In this document: positions 20,329 through 29,914 of the stretch, piece by piece
Position numbering within the stretch: the stretch's first letter is position 1
How the letters are laid out: each line of letters begins with the position of its first letter
Assembly: GCA_020849275.1 (NCBI GenBank)
Contig: JADLGO010000052.1
Span: 52,039-116,038, forward strand
Direction of reading: 5' to 3'
Length of the DNA stretch: 64,000 nt
Source: Chthonomonadales bacterium
GTDB taxonomy: Bacteria; Armatimonadota; Chthonomonadetes; Chthonomonadales; CAJBBX01
The notes under the pieces: generated by a model
Seen by the model: the letters and a program-made list of their open reading frames with translations, nothing else
Databases searched by the model: none
What the model was told of the DNA's origin: nothing
Position numbers and translations under genes: made by a program

Positions 20329-20928
20329 ATGCTGCACTACGCCAGGCCGTTGGCCCGGCTCGTGGCCGAACTCGAGAAGCTGCCCGGCGTCGGCCCCAAG
20401 TCGGCTCAACGGATGGCCTTTCACCTGCTGCGCGCCTCCGCGAGCGACGCCGAGCAACTCGCGCACGCGATCCTGGAGGTGAAGGAGAAGATCGGGTTCT
20501 GCCGGGAATGCTTCAACTTCACCGACCATGAGGTGTGCGAGGTGTGCCGCGACACGCGGCGCGACCGCAGCCTCCTCTGCGTCGTGGCCGAGCCGCGCGA
20601 CGTGATCGCTGTCGAGAAGACCAATGAGTACCGCGGGCTGTACCACGTGCTTCAGGGCGTGATCTCGCCGCAGGAGGGAGTGATGCCGGACATGCTGCGC
20701 ATTCGCGAGCTCTTTCCGCGGCTGGCGCACAACGAGGTGCGGGAGGTGATCCTGGCCACGAACCCAACGGTGGAGGGGGAGGCTACAGCCTACTACCTGG
20801 CGCGACAACTAAAGCCGCTGGGCCTCCGCGTGACCCGGATCGCGCACGGCCTGCCCGCTGGCGGTGACCTCGACTACGCCGACCAGGCAACGCTCATCTC
20901 GGCGCTCTCGTGGCGTCGCGAGCTCTAG
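20329..20928 (+). CDS. recR: recombination protein RecR
   Basis: LPGVGPKSAQRMAFHLL helix-hairpin-helix, CRECFNFTDHEVCEVC zinc finger and Toprim region. Confidence 0.93.
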   Translation: MLHYARPLARLVAELEKLPGVGPKSAQRMAFHLLRASASDAEQLAHAILEVKEKIGFCRECFNFTDHEVCEVCRDTRRDRSLLCVVAEPRDVIAVEKTNEYRGLYHVLQGVISPQEGVMPDMLRIRELFPRLAHNEVREVILATNPTVEGEATAYYLARQLKPLGLRVTRIAHGLPAGGDLDYADQATLISALSWRREL

Positions 20929-20941
20929 CGCAGGACGCCGG

Positions 20942-21577
20942 TCAGGCGTTCGCGTCCACGCTCGCGGCCTCCAGGATCCAGTCGGCGGCCGCGCCCACGT
21001 CCCTCGCCACGAAGTCGGGCGCCGCCGGCAGAAGGCCCCCGTGGTTGGCCGGCGTCTTGCCGGTGAGCACGAGGACCGTGCGGCAGCCCACGGCGGCACC
21101 GGCCGCGATGTCGTGCGGCTGGTCGCCGACCAGGAAGCTGCGCTCCAGGTCGATGTCGTGCGCGCGCGCGGCTCGCAGGAGCAGGCCGGGCGCGGGCTTC
21201 CGGCAATCACAGCTGCTTCCGGGCACGTGGGGGCAATGGTAGATGCCGGAGAGCGTGGCGCCGCCCTCCCTCATCGCGCGTCGAAGCTCGCCGTGGATCT
21301 CCTCGAGCGCCTCCTCGGCCATCAGGCCGCGGCCAATGCCGGACTGGTTGGTCGCTACGATCACGATGTAGCCCGCCCGGTTCAGGCGCGCCACCGCGTC
21401 CACCGCCCCCGGCAGCACTTCGAGGTCGGCGACGCACCTCACGAACTGGGCACGGTCGCGGTTGAGCACGCCATCGCGATCCATGAACACGGCCGGCCGT
21501 CGCCGGTCGGCACTGGTGGGGCGTGGAGACGACGGAGCGACCTCTGCAGCGTTGCGCACGACGCGAAACCCACTCAA
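20942..21577 (-). CDS. gmhB: D-glycero-D-manno-heptose 1,7-bisphosphate phosphatase (HAD family)
   Basis: VFMDRDGVLN (DxDGxL), ATNQSGIGRG, CDCRKPAPGLL and GDQPHDIAAG. The start is uncertain: I propose a TTG at 21577 overlapping the gmhA stop. The track extension to 21958 overlaps gmhA and was rejected. Confidence 0.75.
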   Translation of the reverse strand: MSGFRVVRNAAEVAPSSPRPTSADRRRPAVFMDRDGVLNRDRAQFVRCVADLEVLPGAVDAVARLNRAGYIVIVATNQSGIGRGLMAEEALEEIHGELRRAMREGGATLSGIYHCPHVPGSSCDCRKPAPGLLLRAARAHDIDLERSFLVGDQPHDIAAGAAVGCRTVLVLTGKTPANHGGLLPAAPDFVARDVGAAADWILEAASVDANA

Positions 21578-22140
21578 CTGGCGGCCCGGAGGCGCTCGCG
21601 CAGCGCCGAGAACGCCAGGTGCAGGACGATCATGTGCAGGTCCTCGATCTGCTGCATGTTCTCCGAGCGGACCACGATGCAGTCGCGCGCCGTCTCCCCG
21701 AGCCGGCCGCCCTCGTGGCCGGCCAGGCCGAACGTGTGCGCGCCGAGGCGGTTGGCGGTCTCGATCGCGCGCACGATGTTGGCGGAGTTGCCGCTGCCGC
21801 TGATGCCGATCACCAGGTCGCCGGGCTCGGCCCAGCACTCGATCTGGGGGGCATAGACGTTGGCGTACTCGGTGTCGTTTGCCCATGCGAGGACGAGTGG
21901 TGAGCAGTCGGAGAGGCAGAGCGTCTTCAGGGGTCGACCCGCTTCGAGATGGATGCACTTTTGCAGGTCATTGACGATGTGGGACGCCGTGGCGGCGCTG
22001 CCCCCGTTGCCCATGAGCAGTACGCGGCGACCGTCCTGCCACGCGTCGGCCATCAGGTCCACGAGACGCTGCACGCCGCCGAGCGGCACATCGTCGACGA
22101 GGCGCTTCACGTCGGCCAGATAGCCTTCAAGGTAACCCAT
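21574..22140 (-). CDS. gmhA: phosphoheptose isomerase (SIS domain)
   Basis: [19 protein letters not shown] and [11 protein letters not shown] motifs. Start moved to the ATG at 22140, preceded by GGGAGGG. Confidence 0.85.
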   Translation of the reverse strand: MGYLEGYLADVKRLVDDVPLGGVQRLVDLMADAWQDGRRVLLMGNGGSAATASHIVNDLQKCIHLEAGRPLKTLCLSDCSPLVLAWANDTEYANVYAPQIECWAEPGDLVIGISGSGNSANIVRAIETANRLGAHTFGLAGHEGGRLGETARDCIVVRSENMQQIEDLHMIVLHLAFSALRERLRAAS

Positions 22141-22278
22141 CCGTGCGCTGCCCTCCCTGTCGTATGGCTTGCGCATTCATTATACTCCGCGCCGGGCGCG
22201 GCAGGATTCGCCGGGGGTCGGCGAGCATTGACAGCTAGCGATGGGCGGCCGCATGAGCGGCGGTCCAGAGGAGAGAAG

Positions 22279-23607
22279 ATGCCGAAGATCGTCTTCATCG
22301 GAGCGGGCAGCCTCGGGTTCACGCGCGGCCTGGTGCGCGACGTGCTCACCTTCCCCGCGCTCGCCGATTCCACCATCAGCCTCATGGACATCGACGCCGA
22401 GCGCCTTGCGTTCGCCGAGGCCGCCGTCGGGCGCATCATCAAGGCCGGCGGGTACCCCGCCAGGCTGGAGGCCACGACCGACCGGCGCAAGGCGCTCGAC
22501 GGCGCCGACGGCGTGTTGTGCACCATCCTGGCCGCGCCGGTGAGCGTATGGCGCCACGACATCGAGATCCCCAAGAAGTACGGGGTCGATACCAACGTCG
22601 GCGATACCCGCGGTCCATCGGGCGTGTTCCGGGCTCTGCGGACGATCCCGGTCATGCTCGGCATCTGCCGCGACATGGAGGAGCTCTGCCCGGAGGCCAT
22701 CCTCCTCAACTACACCAACCCGATGGCGATGCTGTGCCGGGCCATCCAGCGCCAGACGCGCATACGCAGCAGCGGCCTCTGCCACAGCGTCCAGGGCACG
22801 GCGGGCATGCTGGCTCACTGGATCGGCGCGCCGATGGACGAGGTCACCTATCTGTGCGCGGGCATCAACCACCAGTCGTTCTACATCGACTTCCGGTGGA
22901 AAGGCGAGGACGCCTATCCGCTGCTCCGGGAGGCCGTCGAGCGCCCCGAGATCTACCAGCAAGAGATCGTTCGGAACGAGATGTTCAAGCATCTGGGCTA
23001 CTACGTGACCGAGTCCAGCGGGCACAACTCCGAGTACAATGCCTGGTTCCGCAAGCGCCCGGACCTGATCGAGCGCTACTGCACGCACGGCACGGGCTGG
23101 AACCCGGGTGTCTACGGCTACATCCTTGACGAGTACTTGCGCCGCGAGGACAACTGGCGCGAGGACGTGAAGGCCTGGTTCGAGCGCGACGAGCCGATAG
23201 GCCTGGAGCGAGGCCACGAATACGCCGCCCATATCCTCAACGCGGTCATCGGCGATGGCGCGCTCTACGAGTTCAACGGCAACGTGGCCAACGACCATCT
23301 GATCGAGAACCTGCCGCCCCAGTGCTGCGTGGAGGTCCCGGTGCTGGCGAGCCGGCGCGGCTTGAGCCCGATGCACGTGGGCAAGCTGCCGCCGCAGTGC
23401 GCCGCGCTCGTCTCCATCAGCGCTCAGAACGAGGAGATGGCGGTGGAGTCGGCCATCACGGGCAATCCGCGCCCGGCGTTCTGGTCGATCGCCTACGATC
23501 CCCTGACCTCGGCGGTGCTATCGCTGGAGGAGATCCGGTCAATGGTGCGCGAGATGTTTGCGGCTAACGAGGGCTACCTCCCGCAGTACCAGAGCGTGAG
23601 CCTCTAG
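22279..23607 (+). CDS. glycoside hydrolase family 4 (NAD/Mn-dependent alpha-galactosidase/alpha-glucosidase type)
   Basis: [14 protein letters not shown] Rossmann start, [17 protein letters not shown] and AGINHQSF motifs. Start trimmed to the ATG at 22279 with GGAGAG upstream. Confidence 0.88.
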   Translation: MPKIVFIGAGSLGFTRGLVRDVLTFPALADSTISLMDIDAERLAFAEAAVGRIIKAGGYPARLEATTDRRKALDGADGVLCTILAAPVSVWRHDIEIPKKYGVDTNVGDTRGPSGVFRALRTIPVMLGICRDMEELCPEAILLNYTNPMAMLCRAIQRQTRIRSSGLCHSVQGTAGMLAHWIGAPMDEVTYLCAGINHQSFYIDFRWKGEDAYPLLREAVERPEIYQQEIVRNEMFKHLGYYVTESSGHNSEYNAWFRKRPDLIERYCTHGTGWNPGVYGYILDEYLRREDNWREDVKAWFERDEPIGLERGHEYAAHILNAVIGDGALYEFNGNVANDHLIENLPPQCCVEVPVLASRRGLSPMHVGKLPPQCAALVSISAQNEEMAVESAITGNPRPAFWSIAYDPLTSAVLSLEEIRSMVREMFAANEGYLPQYQSVSL

Positions 23608-23695
23608 CCGAGCGAGCGTCTACAGGGCCGCGCCTCGTGTGCCGAGAATGCAGAGGGACGCTCGGCGGTGTGGCCCCAGCGCCGCCTTGTCTTGG

Positions 23696-23711
23696 TGGCA
23701 CAGTTTGTGCA
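23696..23711 (+). promoter_or_regulatory. sigma54-type promoter TGGCACAGTTTGTGCA upstream of the EPS operon
   Basis: GG and GC elements sit at exact -24/-12 spacing, with one deviation (GTGCA instead of TTGCA). Located in the 470-nt intergenic region about 365 nt upstream of the wzz-like ATG. Confidence 0.5.
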
Positions 23712-24075
23712 ATAGTAAGGACCGAGTTGGCGGGTGGATGCGGGACGCAAGATCCGTTGTGGACGATCTGGCGCATGGCATGGATGCCTTCGGGCGGAAG
23801 GGAAGCAGACCGGGCGCCGGCTCGGCGGCAACCTCGGATGCGCGGAGGGCAGGCACGCCTTTCGCGCATTCCCCCGTAATGGGTGTATGCGAGCGCTGTC
23901 CGCGGAGCGCATCGGCGCGCGCGGCGGCGCCACGCGACGCGCGAAGTGACCCCGTCGGGCAGAGCGCTCTTCCGCATCCTCAATTCCATCGGTCCGGCGT
24001 CTGCCGAGCGCCCTCGCCGTCCGGCCCCTCACATTCCCTGGGCGGCGGCCAGTTGTTCTGGAGGTTAAGCGGGCC

Positions 24076-25599
24076 ATGCGGATATACGGCTCCTCGCCGC
24101 TGCACAAGTACGCGGAACTCATCTTTCGATGCAAGCGCATGTTCATCGTCGCCGTTATCCTCGGCACGCTGGCGACGAGCCTCGGCGTCTACATGCGACA
24201 GGACAAGTATTCGGCGTTCGTGGTGATCGCGCTGACGGGCGACACCGCGACCGGCGAGGCGATGTCGTCGACCGACGGCGGGCGCGACAGCAACCCGATC
24301 TACGCCGCGGCGCAGCGCAAAGCCGCCCGCCTCATCCAGTACTGGTTGCCCGTGGATCGCGACTTTACGGCCGACTCCATGAAGAACCTGGGTCTGGAGG
24401 CCAAGTACGGCGACAAGTTCGACGCGAAGGTGAGGGCCGTGCGTGATGAGCTCGCCAGCAGCGCCGCGCTCGTCACGCCGCAGCACCTCAAGCTCCAGCT
24501 CACGTGGGACGACCCCAAAGAGGCCGAGGCCATCCTGAACGAGGTCTACGGCGCCTTCTCCCGCAAGACGGTCGCCGAAGAGACGGCCGTTCAGACGAAC
24601 AAGAGGCAGGTGCTCGAGGAGCAGTTCAAGCTCTACAACAAGCGCGCGAACGAGCAGGCCACGCGTCGTGTCAAGTACCTCAAGGACCACTACTGGGAGA
24701 ACCCGGCGCTCCTGGGCCAGTCGCTCGGCTCTCTCGAGACCACCCAGCAGTCCATCGCGCAGGCGGAGACCACCCTCGCGGACGCCCGATCGCGCCAGCA
24801 GCGCATCGACCAGGAGCTGACCCGCGTGCCCGAATGGGTGACCGGCGCCGAGACGACGCGCACCATCACCGAGGACCCCTCGCTCCAACTGACCACCCAG
24901 CGCACCGACCTTCAGCGCCAACTCCAGCAGGCCAAGCAGCGCTACAACGACCTGCACCCGGTCGTGCAGGATCTGCAGAAGCAGATCATTGCAATCGACA
25001 AGCAGATCGCCGACGTGAGGAAGCAGCCGCGCGTGGCGACCAACGAGCAGAGCGAGGTGCAGAGGACGCGCAACCCGGTCTGGATCACGCTGAAGCAGTA
25101 CCAGGCTCAGCTCGGGATGATGATCCAGGGCTATGACCGGCGCATCGGGGAGCTTCGTGCCCAGCTCGCCCGCCTGGAGGGCCGGGTTCGGGCGATGCCT
25201 GGCGAGGAAGTGGCCTTCCAGAAGGTGGAGAAGGACTACGAGCTCGCCAACAATCTGCGTAACCAGGTGCGCGCCCGACTGGCCGCCGCGCAGTATGACG
25301 AGGAGCAGAGCAAGCTCACCCAGGCTCGCCTGGTCAAGCTCGAGTACGGCCCGATCTCCGAGAAGGTCGTCGCTGGCGGCAAACGCGTGCTGCTGCTGGC
25401 GCTCGGGCCCCTGCTCGGAATCCTGATCGCCTTTAGCTTCTCGCTCCTGGCCGAGAGCCTCGACCACACGCTGCGCACGCCGGTCGAGGTGGAGCGGTTC
25501 CTCGGCAAGCCCGTGCTCGCCGTCATTCCGCGCATGCGTACTCCGCGTGAAGGGCGCAAGCAGCTCGCGGGCGCAACGAAGCGCAGCATCTCGTCGTGA
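24076..25599 (+). CDS. polysaccharide co-polymerase / chain-length determinant (Wzz/GumC/EpsF-like, PCP-2b)
   Basis: N-terminal TM (MFIVAVILGTLATSLGVY), a long coiled-coil periplasmic region and a C-terminal TM (VLLLALGPLLGILIAFSFSLL). Followed by a separate BY-kinase gene. Confidence 0.85.
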   Translation: MRIYGSSPLHKYAELIFRCKRMFIVAVILGTLATSLGVYMRQDKYSAFVVIALTGDTATGEAMSSTDGGRDSNPIYAAAQRKAARLIQYWLPVDRDFTADSMKNLGLEAKYGDKFDAKVRAVRDELASSAALVTPQHLKLQLTWDDPKEAEAILNEVYGAFSRKTVAEETAVQTNKRQVLEEQFKLYNKRANEQATRRVKYLKDHYWENPALLGQSLGSLETTQQSIAQAETTLADARSRQQRIDQELTRVPEWVTGAETTRTITEDPSLQLTTQRTDLQRQLQQAKQRYNDLHPVVQDLQKQIIAIDKQIADVRKQPRVATNEQSEVQRTRNPVWITLKQYQAQLGMMIQGYDRRIGELRAQLARLEGRVRAMPGEEVAFQKVEKDYELANNLRNQVRARLAAAQYDEEQSKLTQARLVKLEYGPISEKVVAGGKRVLLLALGPLLGILIAFSFSLLAESLDHTLRTPVEVERFLGKPVLAVIPRMRTPREGRKQLAGATKRSISS

Positions 25600-25652
25600 A
25601 GCCCGACGGCGGAGCTCGGGCCAGGTGCCCTCGGCGCGCCTGAAGGAGTGCC

Positions 25653-26384
25653 ATGCCAGAGTCCACACGGTTCGACGACGCGCCCGCCGGCGGGCTGGTG
25701 CCGCTGAGCTCCTTCGAGTTCCGGCACGAGCCCTCGGGGGCTGGCGCCAACGGCGCGTCGCTGGTTCCAGAGGAGTACGCACGGCTCCACGCGGACATCG
25801 AGAGGGCGGCCAGCCCCTCCCGGTGCTTTGTCGTCGGCGTCACCTCCGCCGTCTACGGCGAGGGCAAGACCACGGTCGCGCTGAACCTGGCGGGGACCAT
25901 CGCGCAGAACTCGGAGGCGCGCGTCGCGCTCGTGGACTTTAACCTGCGCAACTGGGACATGCAGACCCGGCTGAACATCGCCTCCGCGCCTGGCCTGGTC
26001 GACGTCCTCGAGGGCTCCGAGGACGACCTGACCGCCATCGTGCAGCGGACGGAGCTAGACAACCTCACCATCATCCCGGCCGGGCGCGCGGCCGCGAACC
26101 CGTCGAGGCTGGTACGCTCCTCGCGGCTGGCGGAGGTCGTCAGCACTCTGCGCATGTCCAACGACTTCATTGTGCTGGATATGGCGCCCGTGCTGCCCGT
26201 GGCGGACACCAAGAGCCTGGCGAAGCACCTGGACGGCATCGTCATGGTGGTGCGTGCCGGCGTCACGCCGCGCGAGATCGTGGGCCGGGCCATCGACGCC
26301 GTGGGCAGCGATAAGGTGCTGGGGGTCGTTCTCAACGGCGTCGAGTCGGCGCTGCCGTCATGGCTCCACCGGTACTTCTCATAG
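25653..26384 (+). CDS. BY-kinase-type P-loop ATPase (CpsD/CapB/EpsG-like)
   Basis: Walker A GVTSAVYGEGKTT, Walker A' VALVDFNLR and Walker B FIVLDMAPV. GAAGGAG RBS. Confidence 0.85.
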   Translation: MPESTRFDDAPAGGLVPLSSFEFRHEPSGAGANGASLVPEEYARLHADIERAASPSRCFVVGVTSAVYGEGKTTVALNLAGTIAQNSEARVALVDFNLRNWDMQTRLNIASAPGLVDVLEGSEDDLTAIVQRTELDNLTIIPAGRAAANPSRLVRSSRLAEVVSTLRMSNDFIVLDMAPVLPVADTKSLAKHLDGIVMVVRAGVTPREIVGRAIDAVGSDKVLGVVLNGVESALPSWLHRYFS

Positions 26385-27628
26385 GTCTGTGGAGCGCGGC
26401 GCGCGTGGTCCTGCTCGTCGCCGTCGGCCTCGTCTGGGCCTACTGGTGCCTATGCGCGCTCTACCTTCTGGTGCTGGCCGTGGGCGCCGCGGTGTGCCGC
26501 AGGCGCCCACGGCGCTTGGTGGGGTCTGAGCGACGGTTCGCGCTGCTGGTGCCGGCCCACGACGAAGCCCTGCTGATCGGCGAGGTGGTTGAGGGCTTGC
26601 GCCGCCTCGACTACCCGGGCGATCTGCGAGCGGTCATCGTCATCGCCGACAACTGCTCGGACGCCACGGCGACCGCCGCGAGGGAACACGGCGCCGAGGT
26701 GCTCGAGCGCACCGACCCCGCCCGACGGGGTAAGGGGTTCGCCCTGGAGTGGGCGATCGGGCGGGTGCTGGCCGATGCGCGCCGCTTCGACGCGGTGGTC
26801 GTGCTGGACGCGGATTCCGAGTTGTCCGCCGGTTTCCTGCGAACGATGGACGCGGCGCTCACGGAGGGGCACGGCGCGGTTCAGGCGCGCTACGATGTGC
26901 TTAACGTGCACGAGAGTTGGCGCACGCGGCTGATGGCCTGTGCCCTGGCGCTGGCCCACCATGTGAAGCCGCTCGGCCGGCAGCGGCTGGGCCTGGCCGA
27001 TGGCCTCAAGGGCAATGGGATGTGCTTCGCGCGCGAGGTGCTCGAGCGCGTCCCGTGGTCTGGCGAGAGCGTCACCGAGGACATCGAGTACACGCTGCGC
27101 CTTGCGGAGGCCGGCATCCGGGTGGAATACGCGCCCGACGCCGAGGTGCGGGCACAGATGCCCACGACGGCCCGACAAGCGTCCACGCAACGACAGCGCT
27201 GGGAAGGCGGCCGCTACGCGCTGATGGGCCGGGCGGCGCGGCTCCTGGTACGCGGCGTGCGCGGGCGCGATGCCCTCTTGGCCGACCGTGCGGCCGACCT
27301 GCTGGTCCCGCCGTTCGCCGAGTTCCTGGCGGTGCCCTGCGCGCTGATCGTTCTCGGAGCGGCGCTCGCGTTGAGCGGCATCGATGCCTCCGGCGGGCGC
27401 GTGCTTGCGGCGGCGTGGGGCGCCGTTCTGGCGGCCGCCGTAATGTATCTGGTGGTCGGCCTCTTCGTGGCGCGCGTTCCCGCGGCCGTCGCATGGGCGC
27501 TGGCGGCGGCGCCCGTCTATGCGGTCTGGAAGCTTGCCACCTGCGCCGCGCTGCTGGCGCGCGGGGGGACGGGGGGGTGGCGCCGCACGGAGCGCCGCGC
27601 GTTTCGCGAGGGAGGGCCGGGCCGGTAA
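26360..27628 (+). CDS. membrane-embedded family-2 glycosyltransferase (synthase-like, D,D,D,QxxRW type)
   Basis: N-terminal TMs, LLVPAHDE, VLDADS, TEDIEY and QRQRWEGG (QxxRW), plus C-terminal TM helices. Confidence 0.85.
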   Translation: MAPPVLLIGLWSAARVVLLVAVGLVWAYWCLCALYLLVLAVGAAVCRRRPRRLVGSERRFALLVPAHDEALLIGEVVEGLRRLDYPGDLRAVIVIADNCSDATATAAREHGAEVLERTDPARRGKGFALEWAIGRVLADARRFDAVVVLDADSELSAGFLRTMDAALTEGHGAVQARYDVLNVHESWRTRLMACALALAHHVKPLGRQRLGLADGLKGNGMCFAREVLERVPWSGESVTEDIEYTLRLAEAGIRVEYAPDAEVRAQMPTTARQASTQRQRWEGGRYALMGRAARLLVRGVRGRDALLADRAADLLVPPFAEFLAVPCALIVLGAALALSGIDASGGRVLAAAWGAVLAAAVMYLVVGLFVARVPAAVAWALAAAPVYAVWKLATCAALLARGGTGGWRRTERRAFREGGPGR

Positions 27629-27658
27629 CGGCCGGGCGCGGCGCGAAGCTGCGGCGAG

Positions 27659-29104
27659 ATGGGCTCAACCGGTATGCGCGACACCATCGCAGTTATGGGC
27701 GTGCCGATCGACAACGTGGACATGGCCCTCGCGCTGGAGCGCATCGACGCTTTCGTGGCGGCGGGCGGCTTCCACCAGGTGGCGACGGTCAACACGGACT
27801 TCGTCGTGAAGGCGCTCCACGACGCCGAGCTGCGCATCATTCTGCGCCAGGCCGACCTGGTGCTGCCCGACGGCATGCCGATCGTGATGGCCTCGCGTTG
27901 GCTGCGGGCGCCGCTGCGCGAGCGCGTGACGGGTGCCGACCTGGTGCCGCTGCTGGCGGCCCGGGCCGCTCGCCGCGGGTACCGGCTGTTCATGCTCGGC
28001 GCGCGACCGGACGTCGCCGCGGCGGCGCGTGAGCGCATGGAACGCGAGAACCCGGGACTGCGCGTCGTTGGATGCATGTCGCCGCCCGTCGGCAGCGTCG
28101 TCACGATGGATAACCAGAGCATTCTGTCCCGGATCGACGAGGCGCGGCCGGACATACTTCTCGTGGCGTTTGGCAATCCCAAGCAGGAGAAGTGGATCCA
28201 CATGCACCGGGATCGCTTGCGCGTCCCCGTGTGCGTGGGGGTGGGGGGAACGTTCGACTTCATCGCCGGTGCAACGGCGCGAGCGCCAGGATGGATGCAG
28301 CGTTCCGGGCTGGAGTGGTTGTACCGGCTGGCCCAGGAGCCCCGGCGCCTGTGGCGGCGGTACGGCAGCGACTTGCTGTGGTTCGGCCGTTTCCTGGCCG
28401 CCCAGGTGCGCCACACGCGTTCCCGCGCAGGGGCAGCGTCCTGCGATCTCCGCGTGGCGGAGTGCGGCGGGGCCGTCGTCGCCTCCGGCGCCGGCGCCCT
28501 GGGGCGCTCGACGGTGCCGGCGCTCCACGCCGCCGCGGAGCGCGCCCGCGCGGCGGGAGGCCTTCTCGTCGTCGACCTTGCCGGCGTCTCGGCGGTCGAC
28601 AGTGCGGCCCTGGGTGCGCTGCTCGTGATGGCCGTGCGGGGCGGCGACGGGGGGCCCTCCGTGCGTCTTGCCGGCGCGGCTCCCGCCCTGCGGCGCTCGA
28701 TGGACGCTGCGCATGTGCTGGACGCGGTGCCCGCGTTCGCCACGGTGGATGAGGCGCTGGCCGCGCCCACGCCGCGGCTCGAGCCGCTCCGCGCCACCGC
28801 AAGCGCTGGATGCGCGGCCATCCGCGTTCAGGGGCCCGCCGACTGGCGCGTGGCCGAAGAACTGCGGCGCCAGTGCGCGGCGATGGGCGACGGCGTGCGC
28901 CAGGTACGGTTTGACCTGTCGGGGGCGAGCTACGTGGGCGTCGCGATGCTCGCCGCGCTCCACTCGGAGCGGGAACGCCTCGCCGCGCGCGGCGTGTCGG
29001 TCGAGGTTATCGAAGGGCCCGTGGTGCGGGCGGCGCTGGCCCGCGAGCGGCTGCCGGGGCTCTTCGGCGGCGGCCGTGCGGCGACGGGCGCCCCGTGCGC
29101 ATGA
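27659..29104 (+). CDS. WecG/TagA/CpsF-family (GT26) glycosyltransferase fused to two C-terminal STAS domains
   Basis: GT26 part: VNTDFVVKA, LVLPDGMPIV, AFGNPKQEKW and WLYRL. STAS-1 has VVDLAGVSAVDSAALGALL. STAS-2 has VRFDLSGASYVGVAMLAAL. Confidence 0.8.
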   Translation: MGSTGMRDTIAVMGVPIDNVDMALALERIDAFVAAGGFHQVATVNTDFVVKALHDAELRIILRQADLVLPDGMPIVMASRWLRAPLRERVTGADLVPLLAARAARRGYRLFMLGARPDVAAAARERMERENPGLRVVGCMSPPVGSVVTMDNQSILSRIDEARPDILLVAFGNPKQEKWIHMHRDRLRVPVCVGVGGTFDFIAGATARAPGWMQRSGLEWLYRLAQEPRRLWRRYGSDLLWFGRFLAAQVRHTRSRAGAASCDLRVAECGGAVVASGAGALGRSTVPALHAAAERARAAGGLLVVDLAGVSAVDSAALGALLVMAVRGGDGGPSVRLAGAAPALRRSMDAAHVLDAVPAFATVDEALAAPTPRLEPLRATASAGCAAIRVQGPADWRVAEELRRQCAAMGDGVRQVRFDLSGASYVGVAMLAALHSERERLAARGVSVEVIEGPVVRAALARERLPGLFGGGRAATGAPCA

Positions 29105-29123
29105 CGCCAGGGGGGGCGGCAAG

Positions 29124-29258
29124 TTGCGGTTCGAGTTCCAGGTTCTGTTCATGCTGATCACCATCGGCCTACTCACGCGCAAGCTGTCGTGGCGTGGGTG
29201 GTTCTTCGTCGCGCTGTTTGTGCTGTCATGGATGATGTTCGACTGGATCAAGGGCTAG
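29124..29258 (+). CDS. unannotated 44-aa two-TM small membrane protein (candidate)
   Basis: TTG at 29124 lies 7 nt after a GGGGGGG run. The product is [44 protein letters not shown]. Third codon positions in this frame are almost all G/C, whereas the overlapping track frame (29189..) is T-rich at third positions until about 29260. Confidence 0.45.
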   Translation: MRFEFQVLFMLITIGLLTRKLSWRGWFFVALFVLSWMMFDWIKG

Positions 29259-29293
29259 GCGCGGTGGGGGCTGAGCGCCACGCGGCGCGCGGC

Positions 29294-29914
29294 ATGGCTG
29301 CCGAGCGCGACGTGCTCGTGGTCGACGCGCTGGAGGCAGCGCCCGGGAACGCGCTGCTCGTGCGCGCGGCCTGGGCGCTGCGGCAGGACCTGATGGCGCT
29401 GCATCCGCGGCTTCGCCTCGCCAACGCGCTGCTGTTCTTCTGCCCGCACTATGCGCTGAACCGCGTGCGAACGGCCATCTACCGCGCCGTGGGGGCGCGC
29501 ATCGGAACCGGGAGCCTGATCCTGGGCAGCATTCACATGTGCGGGTTCGGGCGGTTCTGGGAGCGCCTGACGGTCGGTCAGTACTGCCTGGTGAACGCGC
29601 CGCTCTACCTGGACCTGAACGCTCCGATCACCGTGGAGGACTGGGTCGCCATCGGTGATCACGTGCGGCTGATCACCACCAGTCACGAGATGTCGTGCCC
29701 CGACAAGAGGTGCGGGGCGTTCCTGCCGGCGCCGATCGTGCTGGAGCGCGGCTGCTGGATCGGCTCCGGGGCAACGATCCTGCCGGGAGTGACCGTGGGG
29801 CGCGGGGCGGTGGTCGGAGCGGGCGCGGTCGTGACGCGCGATGTGCCGCCGCACACGCTGGTCGGCGGCGTGCCGGCGAAGGTCATCCGCGACCTTCCGG
29901 GGGCCTCGCCATGA
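29294..29914 (+). CDS. hexapeptide-repeat (left-handed beta-helix) O-acetyltransferase
   Basis: C-terminal [43 protein letters not shown]. The start is ambiguous (GTG 29264 or ATG 29294). The track start at 29189 is rejected on third-position composition. Confidence 0.78.
   Translation: MAAERDVLVVDALEAAPGNALLVRAAWALRQDLMALHPRLRLANALLFFCPHYALNRVRTAIYRAVGARIGTGSLILGSIHMCGFGRFWERLTVGQYCLVNAPLYLDLNAPITVEDWVAIGDHVRLITTSHEMSCPDKRCGAFLPAPIVLERGCWIGSGATILPGVTVGRGAVVGAGAVVTRDVPPHTLVGGVPAKVIRDLPGASP

Noticed and set aside
23720-24075. Search for a c-di-GMP riboswitch or a small PEP-CTERM protein gene in the EPS leader
   Set aside because: I could not find the GEMM-I or GEMM-II core sequences, nor any frame ending in a PEP + hydrophobic + Arg-rich tail. 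Left only as an unusually long leader.
23980-25782. 600-aa minus-strand ORF
   Set aside because: Antisense to the Wzz-like gene. Its heavy Leu/Arg/Glu composition mirrors the coiled-coil codons on the opposite strand.
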